From assembly GCA_048772705.1 (NCBI GenBank), contig JBLWGC010000140.1, positions 62,001-126,000 of the forward strand: DNA of 64,000 bases, read 5' to 3'. Positions 23,903 through 35,643 of this stretch are shown here, piece after piece. How positions within the stretch are numbered: position 1 is the first letter of the stretch; each line of letters starts with the position of its first letter. Under the pieces are notes generated by a model. The model did not search any database, was not told the DNA's origin, and worked only from the letters and a program-made list of their open reading frames with translations. Both the position numbers and the translations under genes were made by a program. The stretch comes from Leidyana gryllorum EB-2025a. Taxonomy: Eukaryota; Protista; Apicomplexa.

Positions 23903-26100
23903 ATGGGCGGAAGCGAGCGTCACTCAAAACGGCGAAGATTGGAGGGTAGTCCCCCGCCAGACATTCAAAAGGAGAGAGAAGCTCTCCTCGACCGCTATGG
24001 GTACAGTGACAAAGCTAATCCGTTCCACGACCCCGAGTTGAGCAAACCCTTCGTGTGGGATAAGAAGCTCGAGCGCCTGAAATCCTCCACCGGGGGGGCT
24101 ATTGACCCCCGAGAGGTCATGAGACAGAGCGAACAGACAATCGTAAGCGTTCCCAAACGTTCTTTGTCCAAAGCAGCCACCACCTCAGGATGAAATCAGT
24201 CGCGTCCGTCAACGTCGCGAAGAAAGAGACCGCGAAGAGAAACGCTTAGAAGAACAGCGAAGCCGTATGGCCGCAGACCGCTACGTGCAGAGTTACGAGG
24301 AGTGGAAACTGTTGGAGGATCGCTTCCATAGAGGGGTCGCAATCCAACGTTCCCGCATCCGAATAAAGGAAAGTAAGGCACCCACACCCTCTCGTCGCGT
24401 CCAGTGTGTGCACATCCAACTCGTGCTTCCGGTGTGCACGCGGTATCATCTTCCCAATGCGCTTTGCACACAGAGAGAGAGGACATCATTGACTGGCTTT
24501 TGAAGGAGCTGGACATTGCTCGAGGATTCGAGTTTGCCGATATGGAACTGTATCCCGTCGCTCCGGAAGACATCTTCAAAGGGCTCGATGTGCTGAAAAT
24601 CAAGCAGACGCTCCATGATGTCAAAGTTCGAGCGCGTATCGATCGCAAAGACTTGGAAGATTTGGAGGCCGAGACCGAGGGAGAGAGCGAGGCGGATAAG
24701 ACCAACAAGACTACCAGAACGACGCTGCCCGTCTTGGGGACTCAAGACGATGACATTCCCGTGTACACCGCTGATCAGTACCGCGAAGCCCTCAAGTACT
24801 GGAAGGCCATATCCGTTTTGGGTCAGCAAGAGTTGGAGGAGAAGATGGCCGCAGAGAGTGGAGTCCGCTCCGGAACGAAGAAACTGAACGCCTTTGTTGA
24901 GCGACGTATGGTGGAGACAATGACTGCAAAATCTGAGAAGGAACTCGAAGCCTTACAGCTCAAAGTGAATACGCTGTTGGATAATCCAACTCAGGATATC
25001 GATGTGGACTATTGGGAAACCGTTCGTCAAAAGCTCCCGCTGTTCAAAGCGATATCTTTGGTTCGACAGGTTCGGGCTCGCGCGCTCCTCAAGGCCAAAC
25101 CCGCCGAAAGCCTGGACTCCCTTCTTGGGAGTCCAAGTCGCTCTGGTGCGCCCACTGACAACAAATTCGCAGATTACAGCGACGCCGAATCACACTGCTA
25201 TTCTCCCATCATTGGTGCCGCCAATGAACCTTTCGAGGACGATGAGGAACTCGCGGGTCTCAGTGAAACTGAGGAGGAACTCCAACCCGATGCCGATGAC
25301 TGGATGCTGGACAACGCAGCAGCCGCCGACGATGACGATGCGCAGATTGAGAAATTGCCCAAAGCGCAGCCTCGAATCGAAAAGGAAGAAGAAGATGTCG
25401 ATATGATGTAAGTTCCGGTGTGTGTGTGTGTGGGTGTGTGGGTGTGTGACTTCTCTGGGTGTGAGTGTGTGCGATCTCTGTGTGAGGGTGTGTGGTGTGG
25501 GTTAATTGAATGAGAGTTGGGTTATTCCACCGTTGTTGTCTCTGTCATCAATTAATGGGTGTTCCTCTAAACAGATTCGACAAATTTGTTGCTCGGGAAA
25601 AGGAGGTGAGCCCGGAGGACGAGTTGATATTGGAGGGTGAAGAGGTGGAGGTACCGTCTGCGAGCAGTAACGGGATCGTTTTGCGGAAGCCACGATACTT
25701 TAATCGCATACGGACGGGTTTTGAGTGGAATCGATATAATCAAACGCATTACGATCAGGAAAACCCGCCGCCTCGGATCGTTCAGGGCTACAAGTTCTGC
25801 ATAAGTTATCCAGCATTGACTGAGCTGGGGAAGACTCCAAGTGAGTGGACACTGCAAGTTGCAGGGGAACCTCTCTTCATTGCACCTTTGTTGTTTTCAG
25901 CTTGGAGACTGCTGCCCTCTGATAAGAACGACGATGCTGTGGTGATCCGGTTCTCAGCTGGGCCGCCGTATGCCGATGTGGCGTTCAAGATCGTCAACAG
26001 AGAATGGGATATTCATCCGAAACGCGGCTATAAAAACGCATTCGATCGGGGAATCCTTCAATTACACTTTAACTTCAAACGACTTCGGTATCGGAAGTGA
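23903..26100 (+). CDS. CACTIN: Cactin (splicing factor), multi-exon
   Basis: YSDKANPFHDPELSKPFVWDKKLE; RKPRYFNRIRTGFEWNRYNQTHYDQENPPPRIVQGYKF; FSAGPPYADVAFKIVNREW; LHFNFKRLRYRK. Confidence 0.95.
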
Positions 26101-26177
26101 TCACTTCGATGCTGACATCACAAGCGTCATATGGATAGTTGGCTGTTATCCAATGACGACATGTCTCGACGTCACTG

Positions 26178-26740
26178 TCAAAGGCGACTTGACTCATCGA
26201 CAAAGTTCGTTCGTTGAGTTTTAAGGCTCCAATGAGTGCCGACGACAGTGATACTTCGGGTTGAGCCGGTCGCGATGAAGCGTCTCCGTCTCCTTGCGCG
26301 CCGTCTCCGTCTCCTTGCGCGCCGTCTCCGTCTCCTTGCGCGCCGTCTCCGTCGACTTGGGTGATCTCAACACCTTGGGCTGTGGAGGCGAGAAGAGCTG
26401 CTGTCTTCTCCAAGTCCAGACACAGAATGGCCAGAAAGTAGCTGAACAACTTGTTTGCGGAGGTCCCGGGATTATCTGCACGGAGACAAGGGGAGGTGAA
26501 TTATTGTTAGGGCGGGTCCCGGCGATGAGTGCGTTCCCACTGTTCCACCCCACGGTACCTACCTGGGAGGAGCTGTTTGTGCTGAGAGGCAAAGTCGGGG
26601 GCTCTGGTGAGGAACCAAAGGATTCTGCGGTCGATTTGCGTTGGGAGACGGCGGAAATGTGCGGAGTTCCATAGAACTTGTTGATTTTCTTGAAGCTCGA
26701 TAGGAGGGAGAGCGGCGGTGTGAGCAATATTTATCTTCAT
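26178..26740 (-). CDS. Possible small hypothetical protein (3 exons)
   Basis: MKINIAHT...QLLP | DNPRDLRKQVVQLLSG... joinable through GTAGGT..CAG; last exon uncertain. Confidence 0.35.
26281..26352. repeat. 21-bp tandem repeat x ~3.4 (cgtctccgtctccttgcgcgc)
   Basis: Direct inspection. Confidence 0.9.
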
Positions 26741-26786
26741 TTCATCGATCAATCCTTTGATTTTTTTGGCTCTTTGGTCGGAGAGC

Positions 26787-27377
26787 ATGGAGAAAGATGC
26801 ATATAGACATAAAGGAGGAGGACTGAAGCTGAAGGGAAAGGTGACGAAAAGCTCATCTTCTAAGAGTAATAATGACCTCCCGAAATTGGGGAAGAAGAGG
26901 AAAGAGTTGCATAAAAGGGATCTCGCCTTTGACCTAAAGGAGGGTCGAGTGGTCTCAACGGAAAGAACCGTTCAAGGATTCGAAACCTCTTTTGTAAACG
27001 ATGTCAATGTTGGAGACTCCATTGGAGTAAATCACCCCTCGAGTATGGAATTCGAGGAACGAACCGTTGTGTCCATTCTGAGCCAAAGAACTCTCACCAT
27101 CGACTCTCCCTTCTCCACCGATCTCATCAGTACCGCTGCCTACTTTGTCAGACCCGACCACAAACGACTCGAGATCGACAAGGAGATGAACGAAGACGAT
27201 GTCAAACGCATCGTCATGGAACGCCGACGCAAAGAAGAAGGCACTGTCCTCCAGATACGCGAGAAGAAAGGGATGTGGAGCTACAGAACTCGCACACAGA
27301 AATTGGACCACGAAGCCAATGCGGAAGAACTGCTCGACCTTCGAATTAGACATCAGGGCAGAGACAAATATTGTTGA
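26787..27377 (+). CDS. Small protein with FRG1-like N- and C-terminal motifs
   Basis: N-terminus AY..KGGGLKLKGK; C-terminus EELLDLRIRHQGRDKYC resembles the FRG1 end LLDRRAKLKADRYC; intronless ORF. Confidence 0.75.
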   Translation: MEKDAYRHKGGGLKLKGKVTKSSSSKSNNDLPKLGKKRKELHKRDLAFDLKEGRVVSTERTVQGFETSFVNDVNVGDSIGVNHPSSMEFEERTVVSILSQRTLTIDSPFSTDLISTAAYFVRPDHKRLEIDKEMNEDDVKRIVMERRRKEEGTVLQIREKKGMWSYRTRTQKLDHEANAEELLDLRIRHQGRDKYC

Positions 27378-27568
27378 CTGGCGGCCGCGGGGCGGCTGCG
27401 AAGCTGACTGACAGGCGGAGACGGCCAGAGACGGCCACTGCTGCTATCAGATGTGTGCCACCTATCCTATTTTGTGCCGTCTCTCTCTTCTCTCGGTCTG
27501 CCGACCGGGCCGTCTCACTTTGTTGGGGGGGTTCCATTCATTCATTCTGTCTCTCGTCATTCACTGAT

Positions 27569-28972
27569 TCATTCTGCGGCTATGGGGGCCTTTCTAAACC
27601 ATCTGGGCAGCGTAAGCGGCCATAAGAGGCGGTGGAGAAGGTCGCTCGGTTGGTTGATTTGGACCCAACCGCAGCCAGAGGGGTATTTGATACCGTGTTG
27701 ATGTAACCACATTCGCAGTGGGTGATAGTCCAGTTCCATTGACTCGAGCAGACTTTCGGCCTGGCCGAGTCTGAGAGAGTTCTCCATTAGTTCGAGAGTG
27801 TGAATGGGGGAGCGTTGCGCTCCCTGAGGCTGAATCTGTATGTCTCGTTCCTGTGGAATCAAACTGGGATCCGTTTTCGACACAAACATTACGATTCCGG
27901 CCGCTGCACGGTACCCTCCTTCGCTCAGTTTCCAGCGTAAAGCGTCTATGCACGGCCGCGGATTCTCCTTCTCTTCGCCATCGCCGTCTCGGGTGGCGAG
28001 TGCTCGGTGGAAGCCGTGAATTATCAACAGCTCAGCCGGGGTACGAACGACCCGATATCGAATATATGCGCTCTCTGTCAGCCATTGGACGTGTGTCAGC
28101 AACGGCACCGACAGCAGGTAACCCCAGCTGTGCACTGTGATGCTGGTTACTCGTTTTCTGTCACTCTCCCCGGCGTCTCCGTCTCCGTCGAGCTTTCTCC
28201 TCGCGCTGGCGGCAAGCTCAGCTTTCAAATGGGCGCTGAGCGATGTGATCCAAACGGGCTTTACATCCACGGGGAAGAGAGGAAAGGCGACGCTTTCCAA
28301 TTTGGGAAATATTGGGACGTTCCAATTGGTTCCTCGGACTTGGAGAGTCCACGAGTTCACGTGCATTTCGAGAACTCTCAATTTGGGCATCACTCTATTG
28401 GGACTCAAATCAGATAAAGTGGTGCTCGGACACTGCCACTCTGCCATACGCAGACCCCCTCCTCCTCCTCCCAATATGTGTAACTCCTCCAGTTGCGTTC
28501 CAACGCCGATATTCAGCAGCCACGCAACTGAATCCAATATACCGTCAGGAACAGACTTTTGCTTCCCGTCATCTGGCAGATGGACATTGATCGTTAGATT
28601 ACGCAATGATTGTCTCGATCTGGAGACTATCCGCCGAAACTCAGGACGCAAAGTCGGCGAATTACTGTCAAACAATCCTTCAACACATTCAATTTGACCA
28701 AACATATGAGAGATCAAATTCGAATCATACACTAAAGTCCGCGGCTCCCAATACTGCTCAATCCGCTGCTGCCACGAACAACACACTGCTCGGTACTTCC
28801 ATACCTCCTCCAAGCTCAGATAGTTCAGTATCGTCACCCACACATCTGTGCATAATCCCACATTGTGTCGCTCATTCACTCTTTGCCGCAACAAACGCTG
28901 CATTATACTACGCAATGCCATTGATGATACAAAAGACACGACAATCGCAATACTTAATTTTTCGTCTATCAA
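27569..28972 (-). CDS. F-box protein with LRR-like C-terminal region
   Basis: LCTDVWVTILNYLSLEEVWKYRAVCCSWQQRI (F-box); LRNLTI, LEELHI, PKLRVLEM, PKLESVAF repeats. Confidence 0.8.
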   Translation of the reverse strand: MIDEKLSIAIVVSFVSSMALRSIMQRLLRQRVNERHNVGLCTDVWVTILNYLSLEEVWKYRAVCCSWQQRIEQYWEPRTLVYDSNLISHMFGQIECVEGLFDSNSPTLRPEFRRIVSRSRQSLRNLTINVHLPDDGKQKSVPDGILDSVAWLLNIGVGTQLEELHILGGGGGGLRMAEWQCPSTTLSDLSPNRVMPKLRVLEMHVNSWTLQVRGTNWNVPIFPKLESVAFPLFPVDVKPVWITSLSAHLKAELAASARRKLDGDGDAGESDRKRVTSITVHSWGYLLSVPLLTHVQWLTESAYIRYRVVRTPAELLIIHGFHRALATRDGDGEEKENPRPCIDALRWKLSEGGYRAAAGIVMFVSKTDPSLIPQERDIQIQPQGAQRSPIHTLELMENSLRLGQAESLLESMELDYHPLRMWLHQHGIKYPSGCGWVQINQPSDLLHRLLWPLTLPRWFRKAPIAAE

Positions 28973-29048
28973 TCATTTACATCGCCTTTCTGTGTGCGCT
29001 TCTCGATATTCATACTCGCAAATATGCATCCGAAATGCGCTACTCAAC

Positions 29049-29111
29049 ATGATGACAACTCTATTCCGCTCTAATGGATTCACCATGACGCGTTACAATA
29101 GGTACTACTGA
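29049..29111 (+). ncRNA. Box C/D snoRNA-like RNA, copy 1
   Basis: Box C ATGATGA at the 5' end, box D CTGA at the 3' end, 63 nt; identical in three copies. Confidence 0.65.
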
Positions 29112-29203
29112 CAACCACCAAGGACATTGGGGTGTGTAAGGCCGTGTGAGGGTGTGTGACTGCAAGCGATCTTGTTTCTGCGTTCTGCATAAGCTTTGTT
29201 GAC

Positions 29204-29266
29204 ATGATGACAACTCTATTCCGCTCTAATGGATTCACCATGACGCGTTACAATAGGTACTACTGA
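29204..29266 (+). ncRNA. Box C/D snoRNA-like RNA, copy 2
   Basis: Identical to copy 1. Confidence 0.65.
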
Positions 29267-29360
29267 CAATCACAAACAACATTGGGGGGTGTGTAAGGCC
29301 GTGTGAGGGTGTGTGACTGCAAGCGATCTTGTTTCTGCGTTCTGCATAAGCTTTGTTGAC

Positions 29361-29423
29361 ATGATGACAACTCTATTCCGCTCTAATGGATTCACCATGA
29401 CGCGTTACAATAGGTACTACTGA
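29361..29423 (+). ncRNA. Box C/D snoRNA-like RNA, copy 3
   Basis: Identical to copy 1. Confidence 0.65.
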
Positions 29424-29908
29424 CAATCTCATGGACAAAGATTGGTATGAGAAGGGACTGGGAGGTGGTGGTCTCAGTTAGCCCACTTTTTTTGTAATAC
29501 ACGGTGGCCATCCACCCGCATAAGAGAATGAGGACGAAGATACAGAGTACTCGAACTCACCACAAAGCTGCTTTACCGTCACTCCTCCCCACTTTCCCCC
29601 AAATGTGGGCACCTGTCAGCAACACAGGGGTGGTCAGATTCACCACCGCAAGGTTCGATCTACAGCACCTGGTGCCTGGCCTCTTCCACCACCCTCTGTC
29701 TTACTGATCTGACTGATCCCAACAAGAATAATACAATCATCGCGCTGGCGGCGAGTTAATCTCTAATTGGTCACAATATGTGGCGCTCGGCTGGCAGAAC
29801 GAGGTGGAGCATCGGAGTTTATCGTCAGTAAGAGCACAATAGACTGAAAAGCGGCTGTGGGGCTTATCTGACTTGTTGTATTCTTGCTGGCGGTGGTATT
29901 CTGATCAC

Positions 29909-30379
29909 TCAGATGATGGAGGGAGCAGCAGCGGAAATCTTGGGGTAGAGCTCAGCGCACTCCTTGGCAACGGGGCCAGTGATAGCAGATCCCTTCATTT
30001 CACCCTTGTTGTTGACGATGACACCGGCGTTGTCCTCAAAGTAGATGAACATGCCGTCGGGTCTTCTCCAGGGGCGTCTCTGACGGCACACCACAGCGGG
30101 ATGCACCTTCTTCCTGAGCTCGGGCTTGCCCTTCTTGACAGTAGCCAAGACCATGTCGCCCAAAGAAGCGCTCGGCAGTCTGTTGAGAGCCGAAGAAGTA
30201 CCGTTGACAGCAATAACGTAGAGATTCTTGGCTCCAGAGTTATCACAACAGTTGATCAAGGCACCAACGTTCAAGGCCTTGGCAACCTTGAGCTTCTGCC
30301 CAGCCATACCGCCGCGTCCTACAAACCAAAAGACATATTCTGCCAATCCCCTTCACCACCAAAACGTACCTCTCTTCAT
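29909..30379 (-). CDS. RPL23: 60S ribosomal protein L23 (uL14), one intron
   Basis: MKR|[33 protein letters not shown]...[11 protein letters not shown]...[31 protein letters not shown]. Confidence 0.97.
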
Positions 30380-30713
30380 TCTGTCAACGTGCCCAAAAAC
30401 AGCAGGAAAAAATCCTGACTGGACTTTTTGAGCCTCCCATTTCCCGCAAAGCGTATTGTCTCCACCACCCACAAAGCACACCATTCCGCACATGAAGCAC
30501 TCAAACGCTACGATAAAGACCCTCGAGAGAGAGGGATAGGCCTGCCCTGTGGTCCTCATTGAGACTTTGTGACCTCACTCCGTACACACATTTGTCTCTC
30601 TCTCCCCAGTGGCTGGGTGGTGGGTGGGTGCCTCCGTGACTGATTGATTGATTAATTGATCCACCCTCCTTTCCTCTCTGTACCCGCCTCTCCCGTCTCG
30701 CGTCGATGCCCCC

Positions 30714-30715
<2 letters not shown>

Positions 30716-30760
<45 letters not shown>

Positions 30761-30763
30761 CGC
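30716..30763. repeat. (GT)n(GC)n microsatellite
   Basis: About 18 GT units followed by GC dinucleotides. Confidence 0.95.
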
Positions 30764-31286
30764 TCGCTCACTGGCTCGGCTCGGCTCGCCCGAGTCCACA
30801 CATCTCAGCTTCGTCGGCAGCCGCATTCACTTTGTCACTCTGTCAGTCGTTCGTTCTTTCGTACATTCGTTCGATCGTTGGTTCGTCGGTCGGTTCGTTC
30901 ACATTGGGCAGTCCAAATAGCGCTCTCTGATCGTTGCTGGATCGCTCATTCGTCCCATTCGCCGATTTCCATACATTCATTCTCGATCGTTCGTGTAGCA
31001 TTCGTCCGATCGCCCCGCGGGGCTGCCATCGACTGGGTGGGTCGTAGCCGTAGTAGTCATCGCCGCCGCCACCGCGCGAGACGAAAGTGTACGTACGAAC
31101 ACACGGACTGACTCTAATCGAACCGACTCGGCTCTGAAGCTCGTGCGCTTCATCGAAGCAGCAGAGGCAGAATCGGAATCAGTACATAGTGCACTGCAAC
31201 GCGCGAACCGTGCAATACACTGCGGGGGTTGTGTGCGATGCCACCCGGTCTCTTCGTCTCTCTCTCTGCCTGCGGCGGCCTTCTCC

Positions 31287-34200
31287 TCACCGTGGAGCAC
31301 CTGACGCTTTCCGCAACGAGTCCATAGCCGCTAGCTGGAACTGCATCTGAAGCATCTGCATTAACATTTGCTGCTGCTGTTGGTGATGCTGCTGCTGCAA
31401 GTCGTTGGTGGCCCCGCCTGCATTCATAGGCTTAACAGAGGAGGCGGCCGCAGCAGCAGTACCCGCGGTCACTAATTGAGCCATCGTGGGCGCAAAACCT
31501 GCAGCAGCGGCGAGTCCTGGCAATGTCGCCCCTGCCAGGCTCGATATATGGGCGGCAGATTGGGCAGCCGTGCCCGGCACACCAGCCGTACCGCCCAGAA
31601 TAGCAGCAGCACTTGCGGGATAAGCTCCAGGCTTAACTGTCCACGCCGTCACGGTACTTCCTTCCTTCACAATCCGGATTCCCTGCTCGGCAGAAATCAT
31701 ATTGCACAACAAAGTTTGCGCACAGCAAAAGTGTGATTGACAGGCAGGCAGGCAGCCACGCACGCACGACGCACATCAGCGCACAGAGCATCACGCAAAC
31801 GCAGTCAATATCTCAGACCTGCCTGCTGACAGTGCCTTCTTCTCTCTTCGCCGCCTCTCTCGGCCCTCACACTCCACACTTCACAAAGCATCTTACCGGT
31901 ATCTCTTGCAACAGGTCTGAGAACTTGCTGAAACCTAAAGCCGCGAAATCCAACCCCTCGTCATTGTGCTCCTTCCGCCACTGTTGCTGAATATGACCGA
32001 TATTACATCCCTCATTCCGAGTGACCAAATCCACCAATTGCACACAAATGCTGCTGGGGACCCTTTCGGAACTTAGGATCATACTGCTATGTATCTGACG
32101 CGTTTTCATAGCCACGACTTCAAGCACTTCGGGCGGAATCTGTCCTCCAGGAGGCGGCCGCTGAGTTGGGGGGGGCCAGCGCTGCTTTATAGCGTCTTTC
32201 ATCACTGCACGAGTAGAGTGTGTGTCCAACACCCCATAGTAGTCCGCACTCACCAGCGCCGTTCACTTGGACCCAAAATTCAGAACCTTCGCGTCGGAGA
32301 CTCACACCCTGCACAATCAACAAGAATGAGCATTAAGATTACAAAGGGGTTGCAGTGGATAGTTGGAGAAGGCGCATCTGGTGATTGGAGGCTGTCAGCA
32401 ATCACATGTGCACTGCGCACAGACTGATTGATTACATACACCCAGCCATGCACATTGCACACGTCTTGTGCACAATGAGTCAATGACTCACAGAGCACCG
32501 GGCACCGAGCACCGAGCATCGAGCAATCACCGCCGCCGTGGTGCGAGCACTTACTGGTAGATTCGTGAGTACATCGTGTAAACCAGTAAAGCCGAAGAGG
32601 CGGAAGTCAAGTTGCGCTCCGTAGCATGAATACCAACATTGATCAACCTGCGCAATAGGTCCTGAATACGAGACAAAATGCAAACGCCTTACCGAAGCAA
32701 CCACATGGCCGTCGTAGCGATGCGCCATATCGATCAGCGTGCTGATAACCCAATCCGGGACTTCCTGGAGACGTGGGTCGCTCCAGAGTGTGAAGGAAGA
32801 TTGGGGACGGGAGGTGAGGAAGCGGGCCGCAAGGGAGGGCGGAGGCGGCCGATTGCGGGTAAAGTTCGCCGCCAGAGTAGGAGCCAGGACGAGGGAGGAT
32901 GGTTGTTGAGGCTGATTGTCAAGCAGAAGAGTGTGTCCGGCGCCCATGGGGCGCGGAGGAGGCACGATACCGGCAAAGGGCGGACGTGGAGCTGCGTGCC
33001 GGGAAAGGCGTTGTGTGGACAGAGGGTGTCTCTAATTGGTGTGAACTTACTCATACCTACAACAGTGGTAGCTGGCTGAGCATTGCTGTTGTGAAGAAAA
33101 TAGCGACTGATCGCCGTCAATATTGCACTTGTTTTGGCTGTGCGCACTTGATGAGACTGGGGTTGAGGGGGCGGTGGGGGTCGAGAGCTCCCAGCACCGG
33201 CTGAAGAGCCCCCCACACTGCTATTAATTCCACTGCTCCCCGATAAAGGCGTCTGCAGAAAACAAGAAGATGGAGAAATGATCTGCCATGAAGACGCAGT
33301 GCCACAAATGCACACCCGATGCACAACTATCATGCACAACCAATAGGTGTCCCAATGGGTGTCCCAGCGTTGGGACACCCTTGGATCAGCAACCGACTGA
33401 TAGACTCACCGAGGGTGGGGTGGAAGTCGCGGAGTGCAAGGCATGTCCGAGAAGCACGACTTGTTTGAGGAGCTCAATGACACACTCCCCAAGGTATTGG
33501 CCCCTCCTTGAGATGACTGATATAATGAGGGAGTTGACATAGGAGTAAAAGTCGATACCGCAAATCTTGAGTGCGGCACCGGATTTGTACACAAATGAGG
33601 AGTTGCTGCTGGTGAAGGGCGCGGCAGCTTTGTTGAGTTGCTGCTGACTGGGGGCTGGGCCGCCGAAGCTGAGGCGCTCCAAATAAGACAAGCCTTCGTT
33701 AAGTCGCTCCTCTTCACGAGCGGTGAGAGGGAGAGATGCAAAGCGGGTCATTTCGAGGGGCGATGGATTATTGGGACGACTTCGTTTGGCAGAGGTATTG
33801 ACAGAGGCGGAGTCCTCGTCTGCGGCGCCTCCTGTTGCTGATGAGTGTTCCTCTGCTATAGCGTCATCTGTTGCGACTTTGGGGATCGTGCTGCTATTGT
33901 TGGTGAGGCTCAGCTTGCGTTTTTCACCTGAGGAGGGCGGGGGAGGCGGGAGCGGGGGCGGTGGAGGTGGGGGCGGTGGGCTGTTTTCGGCGCCGGAGGC
34001 GGAGGCCGTAGCAACAGCGGCACTGTTGGCGTCAAGTGCTTCTTCCTGTTTGTGCGGCAGCAGCTGTACATTTTGAAGCGCGGCAGAGGCAACCTCCTGC
34101 ATACTGTGGTCGACCTCGTTGTCCGGGGGGGGCGGCAGCAGAGGGGGTGCGGCGGCACCGATCACAGTTGTTGACACAGACGACGAGTTCGGGGTTGGGT

Positions 34201-34678
34201 TCGACGGGATCAGACTCGAAATTGAAGGGGTGGTTGCAGCTACAGCGGCTGCTGCAGAGGTATTAGTTGGGGATTTGGCGGCAGATTTCGGCTGCTCGCC
34301 AAGGAGCTTTTTAATCGCCTTTGACCACAGGGCCAATCCGTATTTGACGTTTGCTTCTTGGCGGCGGATAACGTGTTGGGCGCCCTCAACGATATTCAGA
34401 CGGAAGAATACGGCTTCGCCCGGCGAGCCAAACGCTTCGTCGAAGGGACCGTTCGTGATGGTTCGCACAATCGGGTCGTCGCAGTCGGCCAGCAGACGTG
34501 CCTCCTCAGCCGCCCGCAGCGCCGCCTCGGCCTCCGCAATCTCCTCCTCAGGCGAAAGGGCTCTCAGTGGCGACGCTTCGACGACCTGTTGCACCGACAG
34601 TACTGCCGCCGCCTCCGCGGTGGGGGCACAAAGCTCCGGCGGCTGCTGGTTGCCCTCTGTTTCCGGCGGCTGCGGCAT
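31287..34678 (-). CDS. Protein with two LOTUS/OST-HTH domains and a low-complexity N-terminus (multi-exon)
   Basis: QVDQCWYSCYGAQLDFRLFGFTGLHDVLTNLP and GCNIGHIQQQWRKEHNDEGLDFAALGFSKFSDLLQEIP fit the LOTUS pattern (L..Y...G..LD...GF..L..LL..IP). Confidence 0.75.
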
Positions 34679-34777
34679 GGTTTTCCTCCCGGGGCGGGCT
34701 TGGATAGATGGTCAGATAGGCGGCGGTATATAGATATTGGATGGGGGGGAACTAATAACAACTAATCTTCCACTCCT

Positions 34778-35610
34778 TTAAGGTCCCAAAGCTTGCATCA
34801 TGCGCTAAAGAAGTACAGTTGTCAACACCTTCATAGACCACACACTCACGTGTACTTCAAGCCAGGCTCCACGCCCTGGTCTCATCGGCTCATAGAGGAA
34901 TGGTGGCACGAAAACTTTCTGTCGACACAGCACCCCCAAAAACAGAACTGCAGCCTGCACCAAAGTCACCAGTGCTGCACAAGGAACGTTCAACCGTGCC
35001 CAGTACTCTCGTACACCTACCAGCGCCCAGTACGTTCGAATCAGAATTGCATTCCGGTAACAGTAATACATGAAAGACTATCATCATGTTGAACGCCACC
35101 GTTAACAAGAACACCAGGCGGCAGTAAGTAGGAGCTACTCGCACACAGAAACCAAAGGTCTTCTGCCAGGGAGTGAGCTTTCGGAAGTCTTCCACAGTCA
35201 AATTCTCCACATACGCATGTCCAGCAGCGGTAAATAGACTAATCGCACTCTGCCACGAGAAAACATATTCGATCTGACCACTTCGGTCAACCTCACCAGA
35301 ACTATCAGTAGAGCCCCAACAGTGCGGGCAAGACCTCGACTTGGACAAACCACGTGGTTACCGATCCTGGGACCGAATCGGTACCCCAACATTAGCGATA
35401 GGGCGCCCACAAACTGCAGAATGCCGGTCCAAAAGTGGTATGTGAATACCCTGTAGGTCTGATGGCGGGTGCCATAGATCACACATACCGGAACTTGAAG
35501 GCCTCCGAGAACATTTTCTGGACAGTGGCAACCAAGATGCGCGACTTGGCATCGTCAGCATCGACCTTTCCGCCGTGCGCAAGTTTACTTTCAACTGTTT
35601 CCTTTGCCAT
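34778..35610 (-). CDS. Hypothetical multi-pass membrane protein (multi-exon)
   Basis: MAKETVESKL...FKFR | VFTYHFWTGILQFVGALSLMLGY...; about 4 hydrophobic segments; ends RMMQALGP*. Confidence 0.65.
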
Positions 35611-35643
35611 CGAACACGTGTGTGGTGCCACGCTTTTTTGGAT

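Larger units (their letters stand above)
29047..29426. repeat. Tandem repeat, period 155-157 bp, ~2.4 copies
   Basis: Direct inspection; copies differ only just downstream of the box D. Confidence 0.95.

Noticed and set aside
26075-26449. ORF with DGDGAQG repeats as a collagen-like or Ca-binding protein
   Set aside because: No real ATG start; the repeat is more probably an intronic minisatellite
29047-29426. CRISPR array or spliced-leader RNA array
   Set aside because: Spacers are near-identical, the unit is ~156 bp and there are no cas genes; no Sm site is evident; C/D boxes explain the unit better
29590-29680. U1 snRNA (TTCCCCCAAATGTGGG resembles stem-loop III) or tRNA (GGTTCGATC)
   Set aside because: No ATACTTACCTG 5' end or Sm site; no cloverleaf could be built
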